From Candidatus Pacebacteria bacterium CG2_30_36_39 (GTDB lineage Bacteria; Patescibacteriota; Microgenomatia; UBA1400; PJMF01): a DNA stretch of 64,000 nt. The DNA is taken from positions 70,427-134,426 of the forward strand of contig MNZB01000003.1 in assembly GCA_001873435.1 (NCBI GenBank), read 5' to 3'. Under the pieces are notes generated by a model. It was given only the letters and a program-made list of their open reading frames with translations. It had not been told where the DNA came from and searched no databases. The translations under genes were made by a program, and so were the position numbers. Positions 10,267 to 19,656 of the stretch are shown here, one piece after another; the stretch's first letter is position 1, and every line of letters begins with the position of its first letter.

Positions 10267-10644
10267 TTAATCATGTTCTGCAGCCATAGCTTCTGCTTTA
10301 GTGGTATGGATGGTGCCATCAGCATGATGGGCTGGGGCGTAAATGGTATAGAGTCTTAGCATCTCACTACTGGAGGTGTTGATGATGTTATGTTGTGCTC
10401 CTGCTGGAACAATTACGGCGTCACCATCTTTAACTGTAAATTCTTGACCATCAATGATTACTTTGCCACTACCAGCTTCAAAACGGAAAAATTGATCATT
10501 ATCTTCGTGAACTTCCATACCAATATCTTCATTTGGTTGTAGAGCCATAGCAACTAGTTGCATGTTTTTGGCAGTAAAAAGAACTTTACGAAAGAAGTTA
10601 TTTTCCAAGGTAATATTTTCTATAGGAGCGTGAAAACCAGTCAT
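10267..10644 (-). CDS. cupin domain protein
   Basis: 125 aa. Conserved cupin beta-barrel motifs (G..H.H....E ; G..H..N). Confidence 0.7.
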   Translation of the reverse strand: MTGFHAPIENITLENNFFRKVLFTAKNMQLVAMALQPNEDIGMEVHEDNDQFFRFEAGSGKVIIDGQEFTVKDGDAVIVPAGAQHNIINTSSSEMLRLYTIYAPAHHADGTIHTTKAEAMAAEHD

Positions 10645-10686
10645 AATAGGTTTCCTTTCTTGATATTTATTTAATACTTATAAACT

Positions 10687-11118
10687 TTATTTTGCTAATG
10701 CAATAATTAAGGTTCCAGTAGTCATAAGTATGGCACCAATGATTACTGGCAAAGTTACGTTTTCTTTAAGAAATATTGCAGCTAAAACAATTGTAATAAC
10801 CAAACTAAGCTTATCAATTGGTACTACTTTGCTGGCTTGTCCTAGCTGTAAGGCTCTGAAGTAAAAAAGCCAGGATAAGCCAGTAGCTAGACCAGATAAA
10901 ATTAAAAAGATGAACGAAGTTTTGCTGATGTTAGTAATTTGAGGTACTTGTTTTTGAGCAAGAGCAATTCCCCAGGTAAAAACTAAGATTACAGTTGTCC
11001 TGATTGCTGTAGCTAGATTAGAATTAACATCCTTAATACCGATCTTTGCCAAAATAGAAGTGGCAGCGGCAAAAACGGCAGAAAGTAGAGCATAGGTTAA
11101 CCATTGCATATCTCCCAA
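10687..11118 (-). CDS. small DMT/EamA-like membrane transporter
   Basis: 143 aa, four predicted TM helices, EamA-like composition. Confidence 0.55.
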   Translation of the reverse strand: MGDMQWLTYALLSAVFAAATSILAKIGIKDVNSNLATAIRTTVILVFTWGIALAQKQVPQITNISKTSFIFLILSGLATGLSWLFYFRALQLGQASKVVPIDKLSLVITIVLAAIFLKENVTLPVIIGAILMTTGTLIIALAK

Positions 11119-11240
11119 GTTTACACCTTTTTAGTTACTGTTTTAAGTGGGGGGAGATATCTTGAAAATTCAATGAAAAAGTGGTAGAATATAGGCTTCT
11201 TTTTAAAAAAAGGCAAAGAAGGTGTCATCTAAAAAACATT

Positions 11241-12242
11241 ATGTCAAATCAAAAAAAGAAATTAGCTATTATCGGACTAGGTGGTCAATCAAGAAGCGAG
11301 TTAATTCCTGCACTTCTCAAACTTAGTGATAAATGCGAAATTGTGGCAATTTGTGATGTTAATGAAGAGTTTGTAAAATTGACTCAAGAAGTTTTGCCAA
11401 ATCATAAAAATTTAGTTGTTTACAAAGATTATAAAAATTTATTTTCCGCTGTTGGAGAGAATGGTTTTACTCTAGATGGAGTAATTTTGTCTGTTCCTCA
11501 CTTTTTATATAGTGAGATCGTTGAGTTAGCCATTGCTAAAAACATTGCTGTTTTCAAAGAAAAACCATTTGCCTTAAATCTTACTGAAGCTAATCGCTTG
11601 AGTACTTTAGCTTTAAAAGAAAATACTCAAATTTATACAGTTACCAAGAGACAGTTCTATCCATCCTACGCCATGGGTTTGCAATTACTTCACGATGGAG
11701 CAATAGGTACACCATATATGTATAGCGCTAGACACTTTATTCCCCACGGCAATTTATACGAGGGTTGGAGAAGTAGTGTTCAAGCAGCTGGTGGTGGCGC
11801 TATGATCGATATGGGCTATCACTTGCTTGACGTTATCATGAGATATTTTGGTGATGTGAGTCAAACAAAATTACAATGGACCAATGTCGGCAAGCCAAAC
11901 TATACCTATGAAGTAGAAGATGCAGCTAGTTTAATCACTTGGCATCCAGTTGGTGTTCAAGGGGTTTTTCAAGTTGCTGTTTTAAGTGGTCCAAAAGAAG
12001 AATCAATTGAGATTCGTGGAACAAAAGGCAGAATGTTAGTTACTAAGGCTGATGTTACTGTTTTTGATAATAATGGCGAAGAAAAAGATCACTTTGCTTT
12101 TGAAACCGATTCAATTGATGCTGTTGTTGAGGCTTTTGAACAGTTTTTACAAAATGACAAATCAATCTGGACCCAAAACATTTCTCATAACATGAAAATT
12201 ATGCGTTTAATTGATATGGCTTATGAAGGGAGATTCCAATGA
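11241..12242 (+). CDS. Gfo/Idh/MocA family NAD(P)-dependent oxidoreductase
   Basis: KLAIIGLGGQ Rossmann motif at the N-terminus. I chose the ATG at 11241 because TGGTAGAAT (-10-like) at about 11195 lies inside the longer ORF (11181). Confidence 0.75.
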   Translation: MSNQKKKLAIIGLGGQSRSELIPALLKLSDKCEIVAICDVNEEFVKLTQEVLPNHKNLVVYKDYKNLFSAVGENGFTLDGVILSVPHFLYSEIVELAIAKNIAVFKEKPFALNLTEANRLSTLALKENTQIYTVTKRQFYPSYAMGLQLLHDGAIGTPYMYSARHFIPHGNLYEGWRSSVQAAGGGAMIDMGYHLLDVIMRYFGDVSQTKLQWTNVGKPNYTYEVEDAASLITWHPVGVQGVFQVAVLSGPKEESIEIRGTKGRMLVTKADVTVFDNNGEEKDHFAFETDSIDAVVEAFEQFLQNDKSIWTQNISHNMKIMRLIDMAYEGRFQ

Positions 12243-12973
12243 AACAAATTGCTCTTGTAACTGGTGCCGCCGGCGGATTAGGCAAACAAATTTGTGAGAT
12301 CTTGGCAGAAAAAGGTTTTCAAATTGTTGCTTTAGATCTAATGGAGACTAATGCTCTTAAACAAAATCTTAAAAGTTTGGGAGATAGTTTGGAGTTAGCC
12401 ATTGGGGGAGTAGATTTTTCTAAACCAGAGACAATTATTGAATCTTTGGGATCATTTCTTCCAAATAAAGAATGGACTGTTTTAGTTAATAATGCTGGTG
12501 TAAGTGTGGGCGGAAAATTACTTGATGGTAGTTTGGCTCACTGGAACTTAATGATGAATGTTAATCTCACTGCTCCTTTTGTTTTAAGCCAAGCTTTTGC
12601 TAAGAATAGTCAAGAAAATAATATTAAAGGTTCGATCGTCAATATTTCTTCAATGGTTGGAGTTATTGGTGCCAAAAAACCTGGCTATGCAGCTTCAAAA
12701 GCTGGTTTATTGGGTTTAACTAAAGCCATTGCTATGCAAGCTGGTCCCAATATTCGTTGCAATGCTATTTATCCTGGTGCCATGGATACTCCTATGACTG
12801 CAGATTGGGATGCTGAAACAAGAAAGAAGATTGAAGCAGGAACTCCTATTGGTAGAATTGCTGATCCTAGAGAGATTGCTCAAATTGTGGCTTTTTTGGC
12901 CGATGATCAACAATCAAGTTATTTAACTGGAGCAGTAATTAATGCTACTGGAGGTCAATATTTAGGACAATAA
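12239..12973 (+). CDS. short-chain dehydrogenase/reductase (SDR)
   Basis: TGAAGGLG cofactor motif, YxxxK (YAASK) catalytic motif. 4-nt overlap with the upstream gene. Confidence 0.85.
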   Translation: MKQIALVTGAAGGLGKQICEILAEKGFQIVALDLMETNALKQNLKSLGDSLELAIGGVDFSKPETIIESLGSFLPNKEWTVLVNNAGVSVGGKLLDGSLAHWNLMMNVNLTAPFVLSQAFAKNSQENNIKGSIVNISSMVGVIGAKKPGYAASKAGLLGLTKAIAMQAGPNIRCNAIYPGAMDTPMTADWDAETRKKIEAGTPIGRIADPREIAQIVAFLADDQQSSYLTGAVINATGGQYLGQ

Positions 12974-12977
12974 GAAT

Positions 12978-13622
12978 ATGTTTTTAGCTTATCAAAACAT
13001 TTGGTTCTGTGGCTTAGCAGCTTCTGGAAAGACCACTGTTTTACGGCTAATTAATGAAACTTTAAAAGATAAAGTAGAGTTTCTTAATGATTCTTTGGAA
13101 ATGGTGGAGTTTGTTCGTCAAGACACTAAGCAAGAGCATCATACCAAGCCAACTCCAGAGAGTTTTATTCTTAAAGATTCAGAGCCTGTCTATTATTCTG
13201 TAAAAAGATTAATTGAAAAAGCTTCTAGTTCTGATAAAGATAAGATAATTGAGATTTCAAGAGGTTCAGATGAAAAGGGAATAGTTGATTTTTCTTATCA
13301 ACATTTGTTTTCTCAGCTTCCAGAAGATTTAAAGAAAAAATCAATTTTTGTTTATGTATATTCTCCAGTCGAAGATAGACGTGCTAGAAACAAACAGAGA
13401 CCTTTGTTAAGTGAAAAAGCTACTGTTTTTGAGTCATTTTTTTGTCCTGAAGAAGCTTTTGAAAGATTTTTTGTTCAAGATGATTTTTTACAAGCGGTGA
13501 GTAAGTATCCAGTTAATATTTTGTTTATTCCCAATATATATTCCTTAGATTATCTTAAAGATAAGATAAAAAAGCTTTTTTTAACTGAACATGCAAGATC
13601 TAAAGCGCAAAAAAGTTCTTAA
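12978..13622 (+). CDS. P-loop NTPase / nucleotide-kinase-like protein
   Basis: Walker A GLAASGKTT at the N-terminus. About 214 aa, kinase-like size. Family not assigned. Confidence 0.55.
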   Translation: MFLAYQNIWFCGLAASGKTTVLRLINETLKDKVEFLNDSLEMVEFVRQDTKQEHHTKPTPESFILKDSEPVYYSVKRLIEKASSSDKDKIIEISRGSDEKGIVDFSYQHLFSQLPEDLKKKSIFVYVYSPVEDRRARNKQRPLLSEKATVFESFFCPEEAFERFFVQDDFLQAVSKYPVNILFIPNIYSLDYLKDKIKKLFLTEHARSKAQKSS

Positions 13623-14154
13623 TTTATTGGAAAAAATAGAGCCTGTTGATCAACAGGAAAGTTTTGATATCCAAAAAGTTAAAGAGTTGATAGTAAAACA
13701 TGAAAATATTTTTGATCGTGATTGTTTAGTTGCTCATTTGACTGCTTCTGCTTTGGTAGTAAATCCAAGGACTAAAAAAGTTTTATTGCATAATCATAAG
13801 AAACTAAATAAATGGCTACAATTTGGTGGTCACGCAGATGGTGAAAGTGATTTAGCAAAGGTGGCCTTAAAAGAAGCTGGTGAGGAAACTGGTCTTATAG
13901 ATTTAGTTTTTTTAACTCATTTACCAATAGATTTGGAAGTCCAAAAGATACCTTTTCATAAAGGTATTCCTGAACATTTGCATTTAGATTTTCGTTTTGT
14001 ATTGATAACTGATGCAGAGAAAGTTCCAACTCCAGACGAGGTAGAGTCTCAGGAATTGCAGTTCTTTGATTTTTCAGCAATTTCTCAGATGAATTTAGAT
14101 CTAGCTTTAGTTCGTTTGGCCAATAAAGCTGAGAAGTTAATAAGTAAAGGTTAA
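13591..14154 (+). CDS. NUDIX hydrolase
   Basis: NUDIX box GGHADGESDLAKVALKEAGEETGL. Confidence 0.8.
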   Translation: MQDLKRKKVLNLLEKIEPVDQQESFDIQKVKELIVKHENIFDRDCLVAHLTASALVVNPRTKKVLLHNHKKLNKWLQFGGHADGESDLAKVALKEAGEETGLIDLVFLTHLPIDLEVQKIPFHKGIPEHLHLDFRFVLITDAEKVPTPDEVESQELQFFDFSAISQMNLDLALVRLANKAEKLISKG

Positions 14155-14159
14155 ATAAG

Positions 14160-14822
14160 ATGATCGATCAAGAATTTCAAAAAGTAGCTCAAGCAGTTGA
14201 ACTTTATTTAGTAGAGGAATCATCTGGTCATGATTTTTATCATGCTGAGCGAGTTTATAACAATGCAATGTATCTTCAGCAAAAAGAGGGTGGAGATAGG
14301 TTTGTAATTGGAGTGGCTGCTTTAGTTCATGATATTTGTAGGCCTTGGGAGAAAAAAACAGGTAAATTGCATTTTGGTCCAGAGGCTTTGGAAATAATTG
14401 GTGAAGTTTTGGTAAAAGCAGAAGTTGATAAGCAAAAGATAGAAGAAGTTTTGGCTATAGTTGAGTTTCATGATGTCTATGATTGGTCTGAAAAGATGGC
14501 TAATAAATCACTAGAGTTAATGATTGTCCAGGATGCAGATAACTTGGATGCCACTGGTGCTTTGGGTGTAGCCAGAACTTTTGCTTTTGGTGGAGCCAAC
14601 GGCTTGTCTTTGTATAATCCTGGGGAGAAGTTGGCTTTTGATCAAGATTATGTGGAAAAAACTACTGATAGAACTTCATCTGTTGCTCATTTTTATGAGA
14701 AATTACTTAAGCTTAAAGAGAATATGAATACTGCAACTGGTAAGAAATTAGCAGAAGAGCGCCACCAGTTTATGGTTGATTTTCTAGATCAATTTTTTAA
14801 GGAGTGGGAGGGTAAGTTTTAA
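14160..14822 (+). CDS. HD-domain phosphohydrolase
   Basis: H..HD...H...D metal-binding pattern (GHDFYHAE.., VHDICR, DADNLDA). Confidence 0.75.
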   Translation: MIDQEFQKVAQAVELYLVEESSGHDFYHAERVYNNAMYLQQKEGGDRFVIGVAALVHDICRPWEKKTGKLHFGPEALEIIGEVLVKAEVDKQKIEEVLAIVEFHDVYDWSEKMANKSLELMIVQDADNLDATGALGVARTFAFGGANGLSLYNPGEKLAFDQDYVEKTTDRTSSVAHFYEKLLKLKENMNTATGKKLAEERHQFMVDFLDQFFKEWEGKF

Positions 14823-14859
14823 TCATAATTTTTCTGTTTTCTTCAAGTACAATATAATC

Positions 14860-15954
14860 ATGTCATTATCTATTGGAATTGTTGGTTTACCTAACGTAGG
14901 TAAGTCAACTTTATTTAACGCATTACTCAAAAAACAGGTGGCCTTGGCTGCTAATTATCCTTTTGCGACTATTGAACCAAACAATGGTATTGCCGAGGTA
15001 CCAGATGCTCGTTTGGCAATTTTAGCTAAAATTGTAAAAACTACAGTGATTAAACCAGCAGTGGTGGAATTTACTGATATTGCTGGTTTGGTAAGAGGAG
15101 CTTCTAAGGGTGAGGGTTTGGGCAATCAATTTTTATCTCACATCAGAGAAACAGATGCCATTTGTCATGTACTTCGTGCTTTTAGTGATAAAAATGTAAT
15201 TAGAGAGGGTGCAATTTCCCCTGAAGAAGACTTGCAAACTATTAGAACTGAATTACAACTTGCTGACTTAGCGACATTAGAAAAACAAAAACAACCAAAG
15301 GGCGGGGTTGATAAAGAACTTTTTGTTCGTTGGGAATATGTTCAAAAATTTCTCACAACTCTTAATGCTGGCAAGATGATTGAAGCAGAACTAGCGAGTT
15401 ATGGAGATGAAAAATTAGCTCAAAAATATGCTAAAGAACTAAATCTTTTAACTGCTAAAGCAGAAATTTTTGTGATTAATGTCGATGAAGATGAGCTCAA
15501 AGAGCAGATGTTGAAAGTTGCTGATTGGGCTAAGAAACTTGGAGTTAGATCTGAACAAATTGTAATTGTTAGTGCCAAAATTGAAAGTGAAATTGCTGTT
15601 TTATCTACAGAAGATCAAGTTTTATATCTAGAAGAATTAGGTCTTAAAGAAAGCGGTTTGGAGAGACTTGGCAGGGTTGCTTATCAAACTCTTAAGCTTC
15701 AAAGCTTTTTAACGGCTGGAGAACTAGAGGTTAAAGCTTGGACTATTTATCAAGGTATGACGGCTCCTCAAGCTGCTGGAGTTATTCATACTGATTTTGA
15801 AAAGCATTTTATTACTGCCAGAGTTGCAAGTTACGAAGATTTTGTAGCTTGTAATGGTTGGAGTGGACTTAAAGAAGTTGGGAAGATAAGACAAGAGGGT
15901 AGAGGGTATGTGATGTCTGAGGGAGATGTGGTAGAGTTTATGATAGGAAAATAA
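14860..15954 (+). CDS. ychF: ribosome-binding ATPase YchF (Obg-family GTPase)
   Basis: GIVGLPNVGKSTLFNALT G1 motif, ANYPFATIEPN, C-terminal TGS domain. Confidence 0.9.
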   Translation: MSLSIGIVGLPNVGKSTLFNALLKKQVALAANYPFATIEPNNGIAEVPDARLAILAKIVKTTVIKPAVVEFTDIAGLVRGASKGEGLGNQFLSHIRETDAICHVLRAFSDKNVIREGAISPEEDLQTIRTELQLADLATLEKQKQPKGGVDKELFVRWEYVQKFLTTLNAGKMIEAELASYGDEKLAQKYAKELNLLTAKAEIFVINVDEDELKEQMLKVADWAKKLGVRSEQIVIVSAKIESEIAVLSTEDQVLYLEELGLKESGLERLGRVAYQTLKLQSFLTAGELEVKAWTIYQGMTAPQAAGVIHTDFEKHFITARVASYEDFVACNGWSGLKEVGKIRQEGRGYVMSEGDVVEFMIGK

Positions 15955-15971
15955 GTTTTATTATTTTTTAA

Positions 15972-16535
15972 ATGAAAATTCACCTTAATACTGCCCTCCG
16001 TATTTTGTTGGCTACCAATGGTTTGATCTTAGTTTCTGGTGCTATGTTTGGACCAATTTATGCTTTATTTGTAGAAAAAATAGGCGGTGATTTACTTGAT
16101 GCAAGTTATGCTTATGCAGCTTTTTCTGTTTCTGCGGGAACTATGGCAATTATCTCTGGTAAATTTGCAGATAGAATTAAGGAAAAAGAGTTGGTAGTAG
16201 TTTTTGGCTATGCTTTAATGGCGATTGGTTTTTTTAGTTATATTTTTGTGCAATCAGTCTGGCATTTATTGATTATCCAAGTTTTAATTGGGTTGGGGGA
16301 GGCAATATATTCTCCAGCTTTTGATGCTGTTTATTCACAACACATTGCCAAGAGTAGCTCTGGTTTGCAATGGAGTTTTTGGGAGGCAATGAACTACTTC
16401 ACAATGACTGTTGGAGCATTGATTGGTGGTTATTTAACTACATATTTTGGTTTTAATATGATGTTCGTGCTTATGGCATCATTATGTTTAATAAGTGCTT
16501 TATATATTTTGTTTTTACCTCGAAAAGTTCTCTAA
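15972..16535 (+). CDS. six-TM membrane protein resembling one half of an MFS transporter
   Basis: 187 aa, about 6 hydrophobic helices, MFS-like composition. No partner half adjacent. Confidence 0.5.
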   Translation: MKIHLNTALRILLATNGLILVSGAMFGPIYALFVEKIGGDLLDASYAYAAFSVSAGTMAIISGKFADRIKEKELVVVFGYALMAIGFFSYIFVQSVWHLLIIQVLIGLGEAIYSPAFDAVYSQHIAKSSSGLQWSFWEAMNYFTMTVGALIGGYLTTYFGFNMMFVLMASLCLISALYILFLPRKVL

Positions 16536-16540
16536 TAATC

Positions 16541-16549
16541 TGATATAAT
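16541..16549 (+). promoter_or_regulatory. extended -10 promoter element TGATATAAT upstream of rpsF
   Basis: Perfect TGnTATAAT 70 nt upstream of the rpsF ATG. The identical 9-mer precedes rpmE and rpsB. Confidence 0.5.
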
Positions 16550-16618
16550 CTGCGCCAGTACAAAGCTTGGTTCCCTCTCGCGTGTAGGCGGAGGGCTAAC
16601 AGCAAAGAAGGAAACACT
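16550..16618 (+). promoter_or_regulatory. candidate rpsF (S6:S18) autoregulatory leader
   Basis: Structured 5'UTR with a CCCUCUCGC..GCGGAGGG hairpin directly before the S6 start. The position and shape match the widespread rpsF leader. Confidence 0.35.
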
Positions 16619-16978
16619 ATGAAGCTGGTGTCCGAAACCAAGACTAATGCTTACGAGCTCACCTATTTGGTGTCCGCTGGTTTTACTGACAGCGAACTCA
16701 AAAAGGTACAAGAAGAAGTTCTAGCTTTAGTCAAAAAATTTAAAGGAGAAGTTATCTCCGAAACAGTTTGGGGTAAAAAGCCTTTGGCCTATACTTTGAA
16801 AACTGCAGGCAAGTCACATGACGAAGCCTATTTTATTCATCTAAAATTGAGCATCTCAACAGAGAAAGCTCCAGAAGTAGAGAGAGGCGTATATTTGATT
16901 AACTCGATTATTCGTCATCTTTTTGTAGTTGCAGATGAAACTAAAGTAGAAGATAAGGAAACCTCAACCGAGGAATAA
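16619..16978 (+). CDS. rpsF: 30S ribosomal protein S6
   Basis: Characteristic S6 N-terminus YELTYLV.., acidic C-terminal tail. rpsF-ssb-rpsR synteny. Confidence 0.9.
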   Translation: MKLVSETKTNAYELTYLVSAGFTDSELKKVQEEVLALVKKFKGEVISETVWGKKPLAYTLKTAGKSHDEAYFIHLKLSISTEKAPEVERGVYLINSIIRHLFVVADETKVEDKETSTEE

Positions 16979-17072
16979 TGTTAGGATAAGAAGAGTACTT
17001 TAAGTGTCATTTTTCTGTTTTAAACTTCAGAATAGTAAGAGTAATTGACACTAAAGCACGAAAGGAAAAGGT

Positions 17073-17528
17073 ATGTCAGTAAGATCTTTAAATAAAGTAA
17101 TGCTTATCGGTAATCTCACCAGAGACCCCAATTTGCGTTTTACTCCAAATAGTACTGCAGTTTGTTCTTTTGGTATTGCTACCAACAGATCTTGGACTGC
17201 TGCTGATGGTGGTGAAAAGCAAGAAAGAGTTGATTTTCATAATATCGTAGCTTGGTCAAAACTAGCTGAGATTTGTGGCCAACTTTTGCACAAGGGTGAT
17301 AAGGTTTATGTTGAGGGTAGAATTCAAACTAGAGATTGGAAAACTGAAGCTGGTGATGAGCGCAGAGTTACTGAAATTGTAATTGATAACATGATGTTAT
17401 TAAGCAATTCCAGAGGTGGAAGTGCTCCAGCCGGTGATGAAGAAATGCCAGCCCCAGAGGAAGAATCTACTGCAAAGGCAGATCAAGTAACTGAAACAGA
17501 AGATGTCTCTGACGACATTCCCTTCTAA
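17073..17528 (+). CDS. ssb: single-stranded DNA-binding protein
   Basis: OB-fold N-terminus (NKVMLIGNLTRDPNLR), acidic C-terminal DDIPF tail. Confidence 0.9.
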   Translation: MSVRSLNKVMLIGNLTRDPNLRFTPNSTAVCSFGIATNRSWTAADGGEKQERVDFHNIVAWSKLAEICGQLLHKGDKVYVEGRIQTRDWKTEAGDERRVTEIVIDNMMLLSNSRGGSAPAGDEEMPAPEEESTAKADQVTETEDVSDDIPF

Positions 17529-17552
17529 ACTAAAAAAATAAAAGGAAAAATT

Positions 17553-17747
17553 ATGTTTAAAAAAAGAATGAAAGTGTCTGATTTTTCATATACCAGACCA
17601 GAAGAACTTAAGCGTTTTATTAGCGAACAAGGCATGATTGTGCCTCGTGCTAAAACAGGCTTATCTCAAAAGCAACAACGTCGTTTGGCTACCGCTGTAA
17701 AGCGTGCACGTCATTTGGCTTTGTTGCCATTTACTCAAACTGTTTAA
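17553..17747 (+). CDS. rpsR: 30S ribosomal protein S18
   Basis: 64 aa with conserved S18 core ([17 protein letters not shown]). Confidence 0.9.
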   Translation: MFKKRMKVSDFSYTRPEELKRFISEQGMIVPRAKTGLSQKQQRRLATAVKRARHLALLPFTQTV

Positions 17748-17778
17748 AATAGTTTGTTAAAAGAAAATAATTGTGATT

Positions 17779-17805
17779 CCCCATACCGAAAGGCATGGGG
17801 TTTTG
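17779..17805 (+). terminator. intrinsic terminator after rpsR
   Basis: CCCCAUACC-GAAA-GGCAUGGGG stem with a GNRA loop followed by UUUUG. Lies inside the longer glmS ORF prediction, so it supports the glmS start at 17821. Confidence 0.55.
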
Positions 17806-17820
17806 CGTTATACTGAGATT

Positions 17821-19602
17821 ATGTGTGGCATCATTGGATATAGTTCTATCGAAGAAAAAAAGCCGGTTGAGGGGATTTTACTTGATGGTTTGAGGTCTAT
17901 GGAGTACAGAGGATATGATTCTTGGGGAGTTGCTATTGCTACCAAAAAAGGTGTATTTATTGAAAAGAAAATAGGACCAATCTCACAGCTTAACAGCAAA
18001 CCAATCGACTCATTTTCTTTAGGAATTGGTCATACTCGCTGGGCAACCCATGGCGGGGTTACTAAAACCAATGCTCACCCACATCTTTCTTCTGATGATC
18101 GCTTTGTTGTAGTTCAAAATGGCATTGTTGAAAATTTTATTGAATTAAAAACAAAACTACAAACTCTCGGTTATGCTTTTAAAACTCAAACCGACACAGA
18201 AGTAATTGTCCACTTAATCCACCTAGAACTTCAATATGGTAAGAAAAACCTTCATGATGCGGTAAGATCAACATTTTTACAACTTTCCGGAAGAAATACT
18301 TTTGTAGTTATGGATCGAGAAACTAAAACTATCATGGCTATCAGACAGGGATCACCATTAGTGGTTGGTAGATCACCAAATTCAGTTATGTTGGCTTCAG
18401 ACACACTACCTCTTTTAGGAAAAATGCCAGAAGTCATCTTTATTGATGATAACCAATTGGTTGAAATTCATGCAGCAAAAATTGCTATTTATGATGCCAA
18501 AACAGGTAAAAAAATATTATTTGAAGCAAAACCATTAACTCAAAAAGTTGAAAAAATTGACAAAGCTGGCTTTGATCACTTTATGATTAAGGAAATCTAT
18601 GAGCAAGAACACACAATTATTGATGCCACAAGCTATTCAGAAGTTGAATTACTCCCAGCTGTAAAAAAAATTAAAAAAGCTAGGCATGTTTATACACTTG
18701 GCGCTGGGACAGCAGCATTTGCAGCTGGTCACATTGCTAGATTTTTACGAGAAATTAATATTTTTACTCAAGAACTCAGGGCTTATGAAGCTGCTAGCTA
18801 TTTATCCTTAATAGACAAAAGAGATATTGTGCTGGTAGTTAGTCAGAGTGGGGAAACAGCAGATACATTGGAGGTAGTAGAATTTCTCAAAAAAAAGAAA
18901 GTCACAATCATCAGCATTGTTAACATGATTGGCTCAACTCTAAGCAGACTATCTGACTTATCTTATCTTTCCAGAACTGGTCCAGAAATTTGTGTTGCTT
19001 CAACTAAAGCTTATACCGCTCAAATTGCTTGGGGATATTTACTAGCGCAAAGTATTATTGGTAATTATCAACAAGCTAAGAAACAAATTCAGGATGTTAG
19101 TAATAAGCTGCATCATTATTTTCAGACCAAGCAAAACCAGCAGGTTCTAAAAAAATTAGCTAAGAAATTAGTAACAGCAGAACATTTTTTTGTATTAGGA
19201 AAAGAGCAACACTTTTATTCTGCTCTTGAAGCAGCTTTGAAAATTAAAGAAATTACATATAAACATATTGAAGGTTTTTCGGCTGGAGAATTAAAACATG
19301 GCGTTATCGCTTTAATTGAAAAAGGAAGCTATATTTTTGGTGTGGTGGGAGGCGAAGAATCAAAAAGAAATGAAACACTCAACGCTTTGGCAGAGGTCAA
19401 AGCCAGAGGTGCAATTGTTGTTGGTATTGCTAGTGAACCAAGTGATTTTTTTGATATTCACATTGCCGTTCCAGATGGCAAAGAACTTGATTCAATTACC
19501 AAGATCATTCCATTTCAGCTACTTGCTTATTATTTAGCTTTAAATTTAAAGAATAATCCAGACAAACCAAGGAGTTTAGCTAAAAGCGTCACGGTAAAAT
19601 AA
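17821..19602 (+). CDS. glmS: glutamine--fructose-6-phosphate aminotransferase
   Basis: N-terminal MCGIIGY catalytic Cys, two SIS domains, C-terminal ..VTVK. The ORF track start 17773 is upstream of the conserved Met-Cys. Confidence 0.9.
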   Translation: MCGIIGYSSIEEKKPVEGILLDGLRSMEYRGYDSWGVAIATKKGVFIEKKIGPISQLNSKPIDSFSLGIGHTRWATHGGVTKTNAHPHLSSDDRFVVVQNGIVENFIELKTKLQTLGYAFKTQTDTEVIVHLIHLELQYGKKNLHDAVRSTFLQLSGRNTFVVMDRETKTIMAIRQGSPLVVGRSPNSVMLASDTLPLLGKMPEVIFIDDNQLVEIHAAKIAIYDAKTGKKILFEAKPLTQKVEKIDKAGFDHFMIKEIYEQEHTIIDATSYSEVELLPAVKKIKKARHVYTLGAGTAAFAAGHIARFLREINIFTQELRAYEAASYLSLIDKRDIVLVVSQSGETADTLEVVEFLKKKKVTIISIVNMIGSTLSRLSDLSYLSRTGPEICVASTKAYTAQIAWGYLLAQSIIGNYQQAKKQIQDVSNKLHHYFQTKQNQQVLKKLAKKLVTAEHFFVLGKEQHFYSALEAALKIKEITYKHIEGFSAGELKHGVIALIEKGSYIFGVVGGEESKRNETLNALAEVKARGAIVVGIASEPSDFFDIHIAVPDGKELDSITKIIPFQLLAYYLALNLKNNPDKPRSLAKSVTVK

Positions 19603-19656
19603 GATAAAAACTCCACTGTTTCTCCTAGATGATGGAGGGTACAATAAGACATCTTT

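Noticed and set aside
17748-17820. glmS ribozyme upstream of glmS
   Set aside because: Only about 70 nt of spacer, occupied by the rpsR terminator hairpin. Too short, and no conserved ribozyme core.
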